17,611 nucleotides of DNA, from positions 1-17,611 of the forward strand of contig JANPJS010000237.1 in assembly GCA_031425655.1 (NCBI GenBank), given 5' to 3'. The stretch's first letter is position 1. Every line of letters begins with the position of its first letter. The notes under the pieces are model-generated. The model searched no databases. It worked only from the letters and a program-made list of their open reading frames with translations, and had not been told where the DNA came from. Below are positions 1 through 7,286 of this stretch, piece after piece. A program made the position numbers and the translations under genes. Source of the stretch: Abditibacteriaceae bacterium (lineage in GTDB: Bacteria; Armatimonadota; Abditibacteriia; Abditibacteriales; Abditibacteriaceae).

Positions 1-17
1 CTCATTAATAGTTTCAT
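1..17 (-). CDS. 5' end of a gene running off the window edge (MKLLM...)
   Basis: Minus strand reads TAAGGAaaaaaactATGAAACTATTAATGAG: an AAGGA Shine-Dalgarno overlapping the upstream stop, then ATG at 17. Only 5 codons visible. Confidence 0.45.
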
Positions 18-27
18 AGTTTTTTCC

Positions 28-369
28 TTACCATCTTCCTTCTGATTGCAGTCTTCGAACGATATTGAGTAAATCCTTGCAGTCTCGGGAGCTGTTTTGT
101 GCGTAGTTGCCCTTGAAATCTTTTTTAACGTAGAGTTGAAAGTAGTCGCCATTGCGAACTATTTGCGACATTTTTCCAGGTTGAATTTGCTCTAAAACGA
201 GTCTGGACACATTATAGGATCCATTGCTGGCAACGAGGCTTGCCATGATGAAATGAAGCAACTTGCCTTCCATCTGTGAGCGGGCGTAAAAATTAAGGGC
301 ACCCGTTTTTGGATTAATCTGCGAAAATCCGTGTATGAAATCCGTGTAGGCGCAGCCTCCGTGTTCCAT
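28..369 (-). CDS. Hypothetical protein (113 aa; alternative start at 273), low-GC
   Basis: Same strand as the cluster, stop coupled to the next RBS. No family recognised. GC of 1-360 hand-counted at ~43%. The 5' part contains an out-of-frame direct repeat, so the start is uncertain. Confidence 0.4.
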   Translation of the reverse strand: MEHGGCAYTDFIHGFSQINPKTGALNFYARSQMEGKLLHFIMASLVASNGSYNVSRLVLEQIQPGKMSQIVRNGDYFQLYVKKDFKGNYAQNSSRDCKDLLNIVRRLQSEGRW

Positions 370-402
370 TAAAAATTCAGGCCCTTCAAGTAACTATGAA
401 CC

Positions 403-2184
403 TCACTGAGCCGGGGTCGCAGTCTGCATTCGATAAACCTGAAAACCGGCCCGCGCCAGTGAAGCCGGAATCTCGCGCATCATGGCGCGGTTGAAATCGC
501 GCGTGCCGTCGCCTAATTGCTCCCACGGCACCAGATTCGGATTGGTTTTGCGATTGGCATCGCGCGGCCCGCAACGCCAGCCCAACGCCTGACGCTCGGC
601 CATCCAGCGTTCGTGTTCCATGCGCGCCATCAGTTCGACTTCGTCGGGCGTAAAGCGAAACCCATGAGCGTCCCAATCGGTTAAAGGCGCGATGTCGCAA
701 CCGATGGCCTGCAATTTTTCGCTGATATCAAGCGCCTGCGCCCGATTGGATTCGCGCGTTTCTTCGGGCACGGCGTCCCACGGGGCTAACAGCGGGTTTT
801 GCTCGCGCGTCACGCCGGCGGCTTGCTGATCTTCAATATATTTGTCGTGCAGCGCCCGCGCCAGCATTTCCGGGATGCCGCCCAGCACCAAATCGGGCTG
901 ACAGGCGCGCTCCAACAATCCCACCGCGTGCAGCGATTGAAAGCGCGGCTGCGCTTCGCCCACGCGCCGCAGCAAGGCCGATAATCCGGCTTCCTGCGTC
1001 ATAGCGACGACAATCGGCACCGTGGTGTGGCGCAAATGCCGGTGCAGAATCAGCGCAGCCGAAAGCGCGAGGGAGTCGTCGGGCAGACAAACGTAAACGT
1101 GCGACACGTCGCAGTGTCCGTTTTCATCGAACAAAAACGCGGCGCGCTGAAAATCCGGCTCGTCGCATTTCATTTCCAGTGAGCGCAAGTCGCAGATTTT
1201 TTCGAGTTCAGGATGGCGCAAGTGCAGCATCTCGCGCACGCAATGCGTGTCGCTGTCTACCAAAGTCAAGCGTAATTTCGGCAGGCTGCTGATGTCGGCA
1301 TTCGGCGCCGCAGCGAACAAAATTTCGCGCCACGCGCGGGCCATATGCACGAGTAGGCTTTGCGCCAATCGCCCGCCGCCGACAATCAGCAAATGCGGCG
1401 TGCGTTCGGTCATGCCCTCGAACGGCGGATGCTCGTCCAACAACGCCCGCGCCGAGCTATCCACGACGTTGAAAAATTGCAAACGAAACGAGCCATGCTG
1501 CGCCATTTCCCATTCGCGCATCAGATACCACAAATCCGGGTTGACGATGTGCGCGCTGCACACTAACACGCCGTTGGTGCGATGTTCGGACAATTCGCGG
1601 GCGTGGGCGGCGATTTCAGCATTAACGCCGTCGTCGCCGCACAGCACGATGAGATGGCGCGCATCGCCGAGGCGCGCTTGTCGCATCAAGGCCGGTTCGC
1701 GCGCGTCGCCCCACAGCACAACAGCGCCCAACTCGCGCGCGGTGCCGGCGAAATCGTTGGATTCGCTTTCTTCAATAATCGCCACATCGCGGCCCTGTGT
1801 GCGAAAGGCTTTGAGCAGCAAAAGCCCTTTTTCGCCCAATCCGCAAATAATAACGTGGTCTTTGAAGCCGCGCAAACGCATCCGCTGCCAGCCATCGCCG
1901 CGAATAAAATAAGCCGCAATCGCCGCCGTGAAAACGCCCAACGTGCCGATGCCGGCGAACATCAGGAACATCGCAATCAAGCGCCCGCCGATGGTTTTCG
2001 GAAAAATATCGCCGTAGCCGATGGTCGTAACCGTCACCATCGCCCACCAAAAACTATCCCAGAGCGAAAGTTCAGGATTGCCCGGCTTTTCAAAGTAAAA
2101 GAAGCCCACCGCGCCCGCCAGCGCGACAGCCAGCAAGATGCCGCAGATGCCAAAAAGAATGGAGTTTTTGCCGGAGTCGCCCAT
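403..2184 (-). CDS. 2TM potassium channel with two RCK/TrkA-N domains and C-terminal tandem RyR repeats (593 aa)
   Basis: TM1, pore helix DSFWWAMVT, filter TVTTIGYGD (2008-2034), TM2. Rossmann motifs HVIICGLGEKG and HLLIVGGGRLA. Tail LARALHDKY..NPLLAPWDAVPEETRESNR and LMARMEHERWMAERQALGWRCGPRDANRKTNPNLVPWEQL, typical of RyR domain (PF02026). Confidence 0.92.
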   Translation of the reverse strand: MGDSGKNSILFGICGILLAVALAGAVGFFYFEKPGNPELSLWDSFWWAMVTVTTIGYGDIFPKTIGGRLIAMFLMFAGIGTLGVFTAAIAAYFIRGDGWQRMRLRGFKDHVIICGLGEKGLLLLKAFRTQGRDVAIIEESESNDFAGTARELGAVVLWGDAREPALMRQARLGDARHLIVLCGDDGVNAEIAAHARELSEHRTNGVLVCSAHIVNPDLWYLMREWEMAQHGSFRLQFFNVVDSSARALLDEHPPFEGMTERTPHLLIVGGGRLAQSLLVHMARAWREILFAAAPNADISSLPKLRLTLVDSDTHCVREMLHLRHPELEKICDLRSLEMKCDEPDFQRAAFLFDENGHCDVSHVYVCLPDDSLALSAALILHRHLRHTTVPIVVAMTQEAGLSALLRRVGEAQPRFQSLHAVGLLERACQPDLVLGGIPEMLARALHDKYIEDQQAAGVTREQNPLLAPWDAVPEETRESNRAQALDISEKLQAIGCDIAPLTDWDAHGFRFTPDEVELMARMEHERWMAERQALGWRCGPRDANRKTNPNLVPWEQLGDGTRDFNRAMMREIPASLARAGFQVYRMQTATPAQ

Positions 2185-2188
2185 GGGT

Positions 2189-2267
2189 GAAGAAGCCAGA
2201 AGTCAGAAAACAGAAGTTTGAAGAATTCAACTATTCTGATTTCTAACTTCTGACTTCTGACTTCTTC
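2189..2267. repeat. Inverted array of heptamer repeats (AGAAGTC-like / GACTTCT-like), imperfect hairpin
   Basis: Left arm GAAGAAGCCAGAAGTCAGAAAACAGAAGTTTGAA; right arm TTCAACTATTCTGATTTCTAACTTCTGACTTCTGACTTCTTC is an approximate reverse complement with one extra unit. Fills the 86-bp spacer. Confidence 0.85.
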
Positions 2268-2270
2268 GTC

Positions 2271-3155
2271 TTATTCGTCCAACATCTTAATTGCCTGGCG
2301 CAAGCTGCGGTGCATTCGGTTGAACGAGCCGGAAAGCGTGGCAATTTCATCGTTGCCGCGCACTGGCAAGTCTTCGACTTCTAAGTTGCCTTTGCTGATT
2401 TCGTCCGCGATATGCGAAAGTCTGGTGACAGGCTGCACCACAATCACGCGCAGCATGACGTTGAGAATCACGAGCGTGAGGATGAGCACAGCGGCTAAAG
2501 CGCCTAACATCAGGCCCGAAATGCGGCGGGCCATGCGTTGCGGGAGCGTCATCGGAACGGACACGACCTGCGCCGCGACAACTTCATTTAACTTCCAGCC
2601 GAAGCCGCCTTTGCCATATTCCCGAATCTGCGAGGCGGGCGCCATCGCGGGTGTGGTGTGGCATTGCAGGCACGATTTGTCCTTAATGCGAATGGGGCGC
2701 GCTAAATACAAATACGGCCCGCGCGGTGTGGCGCGTGTGCCGACGATTTCTTTGAGTGTTGAGTCTTTGCGAAAGCGGTTGAGCAGCGGCTCTTCCCATT
2801 TCGTGGCGATGTGTTTACGGTTGGTCGGGTTGAGCGAGGCTTCCTTGTAAAAGTAATCGGGATAGCCTTCGCGCAAATACTCAAACGTCCGCGTTGCGGA
2901 AAACGCCGGCACTGTTTCGGCCACGAATTTCCCATTGCGCTCAAAGGGCAGTTGGGGGCGAATACGCGTGTTGGTGTATTTCCGCACCGCGAGGGCGCTC
3001 TGCATCATCAGGCGTGCATCGCTTAAAACGTGTTCCCTGGCCTGTCGCTGTAAGAGCGCATTGAATACCCATCCCGCGAGCAGCAGCCCCGCGAGCGAAA
3101 CAACGATAAAAATAAGATTAAATTTCGGCACCAGCCGAAGCGAGAGGAAGTTCAT
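2271..3155 (-). CDS. Membrane-anchored c-type heme sensor (DUF3365/Tll0287-like) + HAMP, no output domain (294 aa; alt TTG start 3161)
   Basis: N-terminal TM; ETVPAFSA, YKEASLNPTN, LYLARPI, CLQCH (CxxCH, 2658-2672), GFGWKLNEVVAAQVVSVP; second TM; HAMP (PVTRLSHIADEISKGNL..DEIATLSGSFNRM) then stop. Confidence 0.9.
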   Translation of the reverse strand: MNFLSLRLVPKFNLIFIVVSLAGLLLAGWVFNALLQRQAREHVLSDARLMMQSALAVRKYTNTRIRPQLPFERNGKFVAETVPAFSATRTFEYLREGYPDYFYKEASLNPTNRKHIATKWEEPLLNRFRKDSTLKEIVGTRATPRGPYLYLARPIRIKDKSCLQCHTTPAMAPASQIREYGKGGFGWKLNEVVAAQVVSVPMTLPQRMARRISGLMLGALAAVLILTLVILNVMLRVIVVQPVTRLSHIADEISKGNLEVEDLPVRGNDEIATLSGSFNRMHRSLRQAIKMLDE

Positions 3156-3165
3156 AAGCAAGGTG

Positions 3166-4098
3166 TTACTTCAATAATTGGCGGCCTTTCAAAAAAGCCT
3201 GCTTTTCTTTTGGTGAAGTGAGATTCTCGGACAGCGATTGGTAAAGCTCGTCTAAATTCGCGGCCTGTTTGCTGGCGCGCTTGACCAGCACGCGCGCCAG
3301 TGGCCCCATATGTTCGGCCAGTTGGCGCTCGATTGTGTGCAAAACATTGTCGTCCCACACGGGCTGCGCGATCTCAATCGGCGCGGCGATTTCCGGTGCT
3401 GTCACGGGCGTTCCCTGCGGCGCGATATGCTGTGTCGCTTCTAAAAAGCGTTGGCGCTCGGCGTCTTGCAGCACAAATTGGCTGACTTCACGGCACAACT
3501 CGCTCAAGTTCTTAACTTTGAGCGCGGTTTGATGCACCAACACGCGCGCCATTGGCCCGATGACAACCGCCAACTCGCGCTCGACTTGGCGCAGGTCGTC
3601 GGGATTCCACTGCGTTGCCGCTTGCGTCACCTCCAACTCGGCGTCCTCGGTTTCTTCGGACACCTCGATCATTTCGAGGGCTTCATGGCGACCAGTCGCC
3701 TGCAAAAGCGCCTGAATGGTGTGCGCCAGCCTTTCCAAATGCGCTTCCATCGGCGGTGTGAGCGCGTCCAGCCAGTGCGGCGTGCCGATGAAATAGCGCA
3801 TATGCTTCGAGAGAGACACGTCTTCGAGGCGAAACGGCACAATCGGCAAGCCTTCGCTGACGGCATTCTGCACTTCGCGCTTCACTTGCTGCGAATCGTT
3901 GGAAGCGGCAGATAAAAGCAGCACGAGGACACGCGCGCTGGTGAGCGCATCCATGATTTCGTCCGTCCAGTCGTTGCCGGGCGTCACGTCGCGCGGCGCG
4001 ATCCAGCAGCGAATGCCGCGCGCCTCAAGTGTTGCGCAAACCGCATCCGATGTTAATTTATCTTTTGAAGAATAGCTGATGAAAACGTCGTGCGGCAT
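3166..4098 (-). CDS. TIR-domain protein (TIR_2 type) with two C-terminal 56-aa helical repeats (310 aa)
   Basis: HDVFISYSSKD, CWIAPRDVTPG, VLVLLLSAASNDSQQVKRE (putative catalytic Glu75), PIVPFRLE; acidic linker; repeats at aa 164-219 and 248-303. Confidence 0.92.
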   Translation of the reverse strand: MPHDVFISYSSKDKLTSDAVCATLEARGIRCWIAPRDVTPGNDWTDEIMDALTSARVLVLLLSAASNDSQQVKREVQNAVSEGLPIVPFRLEDVSLSKHMRYFIGTPHWLDALTPPMEAHLERLAHTIQALLQATGRHEALEMIEVSEETEDAELEVTQAATQWNPDDLRQVERELAVVIGPMARVLVHQTALKVKNLSELCREVSQFVLQDAERQRFLEATQHIAPQGTPVTAPEIAAPIEIAQPVWDDNVLHTIERQLAEHMGPLARVLVKRASKQAANLDELYQSLSENLTSPKEKQAFLKGRQLLK

Positions 4099-4114
4099 GG
4101 TAGCGTGATTCCAA

Positions 4115-4414
4115 TCAACCGGAGCCGGTTTCGCTCTTCTCGATACGATAACCCAAAGCCAAAATCACTTTGATGACTTGTCGCGCGATGATGCGGTCGT
4201 AGTCTTTTTCGATTTCGGACAACTCCTCATAAACGACCAAACACGGATGTTTTTTGCAGTCGTCGTCACGCTGCGGCCCATAAGTCCAGCCTTCGGACAA
4301 ACGCTGCTGCGCCCACACATCGTGCGTGTTACGCGATAGAAATTCCAACAAGGCCGCTAACTCTGGGTCGAGTTCAATATGAGAAGTATCAATCGGCGCC
4401 GGTGTGTAGTCCAA
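4115..4414 (-). CDS. Stand-alone RyR-domain (ryanodine receptor repeat) protein (99 aa)
   Basis: YTPAPIDTSHIEL..LLEFLSRNTHDVWAQQRLSEGWTYGPQRDDDCKKHPCLVVYEELSEIEKDYDR..IKVILALGYRI matches the RyR repeat consensus. TTG start with GAGGA RBS and in-frame stop upstream. Confidence 0.93.
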   Translation of the reverse strand: MDYTPAPIDTSHIELDPELAALLEFLSRNTHDVWAQQRLSEGWTYGPQRDDDCKKHPCLVVYEELSEIEKDYDRIIARQVIKVILALGYRIEKSETGSG

Positions 4415-4433
4415 GTGAATTTCCTCAACGCGA

Positions 4434-4458
4434 ATAGTTCATTAAAAGGATAGTTCAT
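4434..4458. promoter_or_regulatory. 9-bp direct repeat ATAGTTCAT x2 upstream of RyR gene (possible operator)
   Basis: Exact copies at 4434-4442 and 4450-4458 in an AT-rich spacer; function inferred only. Confidence 0.3.
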
Positions 4459-4491
4459 CACACCGGCCAGCAAAAGCGCCGGCACAGCGTT

Positions 4492-5274
4492 TCAACCGCC
4501 CCGCTCGTGCGTTGCCATATTATCGAATCGTTCCAGAGCCGATTGCATCGCTTCGGGCCGAACACTTAAATCGCCGGAAAACGGAAAATTCATCGCGCTG
4601 ATGATGAACAAAACCAGAGCAATCGTCGCGGCTAAAATAGCCGTCATCGCCGCTTGATTCTTGAATTTTTCCAACCCGAAGAAATAAGTGAAAAGCATCG
4701 TTGCAATGCCGCCCGCGATAAGCACCAACCACATCGGGCCGGGCACACCGCTGCGCCCGGCCAGCAGTCGCAAGCGCCGATTATCGCTGACCTCGGTCAG
4801 GCGCGAGAGACATTGGTCGTAAAGCACGCTTTCGCGGGCGCCCTTCGGCTGTAAATGCGTAAAGCCCGACCACAGGCGATCAAGATGCAGCGACGACTGG
4901 TCATCCAACTTGCCGCGCGCCATCGCCGGCCATTCTTTTTCGATGACGCCCTCTGCGTAAACGCGAATGTCTTTACGCAGACGCGCCGCTGTGGGCGCAG
5001 CAAATCCGGGCGCCATGCGATAAACGTCTAACAGCGCATTCGATTCGCGCTCAGCGACGACTTTGGCTTCTTCAAACTGTTCCCAGACTATCAAAACCGC
5101 GAAGGCCAACAGCACCGCGTAAATCACGCCGACGATAGCCAAAATAAACCCCGCCACGTCATGATGCTCGCGCAACGTGGCGGGCGACACCACGCGGCGC
5201 GCGATCCATAAACCGCCGACGGATAGCCCAACCGCGCCGCCAACCATTAGCGTGCCCAATAGCCACAGTCCCAT
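4492..5274 (-). CDS. DUF4239 / bestrophin-like membrane protein (260 aa)
   Basis: Two N-terminal TMs (incl. VGVIYAVLLAFAVLIVW), soluble helical middle (YAEGVIEKEWPAM, RRLRLL), two C-terminal TMs followed by NFPFSGDLSVRPE. ATG 5274 chosen because the ORF-track extension is translated palindrome. Confidence 0.8.
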   Translation of the reverse strand: MGLWLLGTLMVGGAVGLSVGGLWIARRVVSPATLREHHDVAGFILAIVGVIYAVLLAFAVLIVWEQFEEAKVVAERESNALLDVYRMAPGFAAPTAARLRKDIRVYAEGVIEKEWPAMARGKLDDQSSLHLDRLWSGFTHLQPKGARESVLYDQCLSRLTEVSDNRRLRLLAGRSGVPGPMWLVLIAGGIATMLFTYFFGLEKFKNQAAMTAILAATIALVLFIISAMNFPFSGDLSVRPEAMQSALERFDNMATHERGG

Positions 5275-5287
5275 AATTTCTCTTGAA

Positions 5288-5326
5288 ACACAAAGGCACA
5301 AAGAATCTCTCTTTGTGCCTTTGTGT
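5288..5326. repeat. Perfect 17-bp inverted repeat built from CACAAAG units (REP-like hairpin / possible terminator)
   Basis: ACACAAAGGCACAAAGA (5288-5304), loop ATCTC, TCTTTGTGCCTTTGTGT (5310-5326). Confidence 0.88.
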
Positions 5327-5357
5327 CGGGTGCCCTCTGGGCGGATGGTTAATTGCT

Positions 5358-7241
5358 TTACACCGGCGCGATACGAACTTTCACTTTCATGTCGGTGTTA
5401 ACGTGGTGCATCCGCACGCCACCGGCGCGTTTGCGCTCCAACATCTGCTGATGGCCGAGCGCCGCGGCATCCGGCAGTTTCACCGTGAGGCCTTCGGCGT
5501 CGAAATCGGTGTGCGGCTGGCCGTTAATGGTAACCGATTCGATTTTGATGCTGCCCGGCGGCAAAATATCGGGCGATACGCGCAAAATGTTGTCCTTGAA
5601 ACCGCCCGCTTTCGGCTTGAAATAAAAGTCCATCGGCTGCTTGGTGATGAGCAGATTGGTGTAAACCGCCGCTAAATAGCACAACTCAATCGAGTGATAA
5701 GCGCCCATCGAGTGGCTGCCCTTATCGCGCTCCGAACCGAGCAAATACGGCAGGCCGTTCGCCAAGACGTTGAAATAAACCGCGCCTGAATCAGTGTCCA
5801 AGAACCACGCATTGTAAAACGCCGACGATTCGCGCGCCAGTTTCAGGTATTCGTCTTTCTTCGTGCAGCCATTGAGAATGAGATAGGCCAAAATGCCCTG
5901 CTCTTGCTGCCACCACGCTTTGCGGTCGTGGAACGCCAAGCGATGAAATTCTTCGCCCTCGGCTTTTTGGCGTTCCATCACGTCATACCAGCCGCCGCGC
6001 TGCTGATCCATGCTGATCGCAGGCATTGAGTCAGCGAGTTTGCTCGCCAAAGCGGTGTATTTTTCCTTCGGACGCAGCGAGTTCATGCGCATCAAATTCC
6101 AGGCGATTTTCAAATCGTGCCCGGCGACGGCGCGGTCTTGCTGCCAGCCCCACTTTTGGTCGGCGCTCCAATCGTCGAAGAATTTTTCCTGCACAAATGG
6201 GCTGCCGTCTTTAGCTGGAAAATGCTCTTCGATGGTATCGAAAGTGTATTCCAGGAAGTCGGCGAAATCGTCGCGACCCGTGGCCAGCCACAGGTTGATG
6301 AGATAAGCCGGCGCGTGGTCGCCCACCGAGTTCCAGTTTTTGCGCGCTTGATTATGGGCCAACGAATCGGCCTTCGGGTCGAAGGTGTCGGTCGTGACGT
6401 GCGAGTAGTAGCCGCCCTTTTCCGAGGTGTCGAGATAATGCTTGTTGAAAAGCGCGATGGTCTTTTCGGCGTCTTCGAGAATGCCGGGGTCGCCGGTAAT
6501 GCGATAAGTCTGAATCGGGCCGGCGAGAGCGTAAATCTGCTCGTAGCAGGGAACAGCGGCCCAGTCGTCGCCGAAAAGCGAGCCGAGATGCTCTTTGGTG
6601 CCGCCGGCAGTGACTTCGAGCGCATGAAGCCAATAAACGATGTCATTGCCCCGGTCGCGCTTGCAGCACTTTTCGCGCAGATATTGCGTGCCTTTTTCCG
6701 CCGCTTCGAGGAAACGCTCTTCGCCTGTCAGCAAATACGCCGACGCGAAGCCGTAAGTCGTGCGCGAAATGGTGTCAATTTCCTGAATGCCGCTGCCCAA
6801 TTTGCTGCCGTCGAGAAACAGGTTGGTGCGATAATTGTTGAAATCTATCGGGCCGCCCTCGAACTGCGCCGCGATGTAAAAATCAGCGACTTGGCGCGCC
6901 TGCTCAATCCACCAATCCTGCTTTTCAAAGCAGAAATCCTCCGGCTTGGTGCCGGGAAAAACAAGGTGCTTGGCCTCGAAGTTGTAATCGCCGCCTTCGG
7001 GGTAGAAAACGCCGTAGGCGAACACGTAGTTGCCGGGCACCAGCACGTCTTTGAGAGTGCCCATCGCGTCTTTGTAACTCTCGCCTAAGTTGCGCACGAA
7101 CTCGCCGAAGGTGGCCGAGGTCAGCTTGCCGGAAAATTCGGCGCCGCCCGGCGTTTTGAGGCTAAAAGTGCCTTTGTCCACATCGGCGGCTGTCAGCGTG
7201 CCGGCGATGGTGTCCGAAAACATCCAATTGATCTGGTTCAT
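5358..7241 (-). CDS. AGE-family (N-acylglucosamine 2-epimerase/cellobiose epimerase superfamily) protein with extra N- and C-terminal domains (627 aa)
   Basis: Barrel motifs ISRTTYGFASAYLLTGEERFLEAAEKG, EQIYALAG, KNWNSVGDH, GHDLKIAW, WWQQEQG, YHSIELC. ATG 7241 preceded by AAAGGA. Confidence 0.85.
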   Translation of the reverse strand: MNQINWMFSDTIAGTLTAADVDKGTFSLKTPGGAEFSGKLTSATFGEFVRNLGESYKDAMGTLKDVLVPGNYVFAYGVFYPEGGDYNFEAKHLVFPGTKPEDFCFEKQDWWIEQARQVADFYIAAQFEGGPIDFNNYRTNLFLDGSKLGSGIQEIDTISRTTYGFASAYLLTGEERFLEAAEKGTQYLREKCCKRDRGNDIVYWLHALEVTAGGTKEHLGSLFGDDWAAVPCYEQIYALAGPIQTYRITGDPGILEDAEKTIALFNKHYLDTSEKGGYYSHVTTDTFDPKADSLAHNQARKNWNSVGDHAPAYLINLWLATGRDDFADFLEYTFDTIEEHFPAKDGSPFVQEKFFDDWSADQKWGWQQDRAVAGHDLKIAWNLMRMNSLRPKEKYTALASKLADSMPAISMDQQRGGWYDVMERQKAEGEEFHRLAFHDRKAWWQQEQGILAYLILNGCTKKDEYLKLARESSAFYNAWFLDTDSGAVYFNVLANGLPYLLGSERDKGSHSMGAYHSIELCYLAAVYTNLLITKQPMDFYFKPKAGGFKDNILRVSPDILPPGSIKIESVTINGQPHTDFDAEGLTVKLPDAAALGHQQMLERKRAGGVRMHHVNTDMKVKVRIAPV

Positions 7242-7286
7242 AGGTTCCTTTTTGAATTGGACTGCGCGCGTCAGCGCGTCAGCCAA

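Noticed and set aside
2189..2267. Possible CRISPR array or transposon ends
   Set aside because: Units are 7 bp with no spacers; no cas or transposase gene in the window.
3166..4098. Calling the TIR locus Thoeris, CBASS or Pycsar
   Set aside because: No ThsA (SIR2/SLOG or macro), CD-NTase or cyclase gene in the window.
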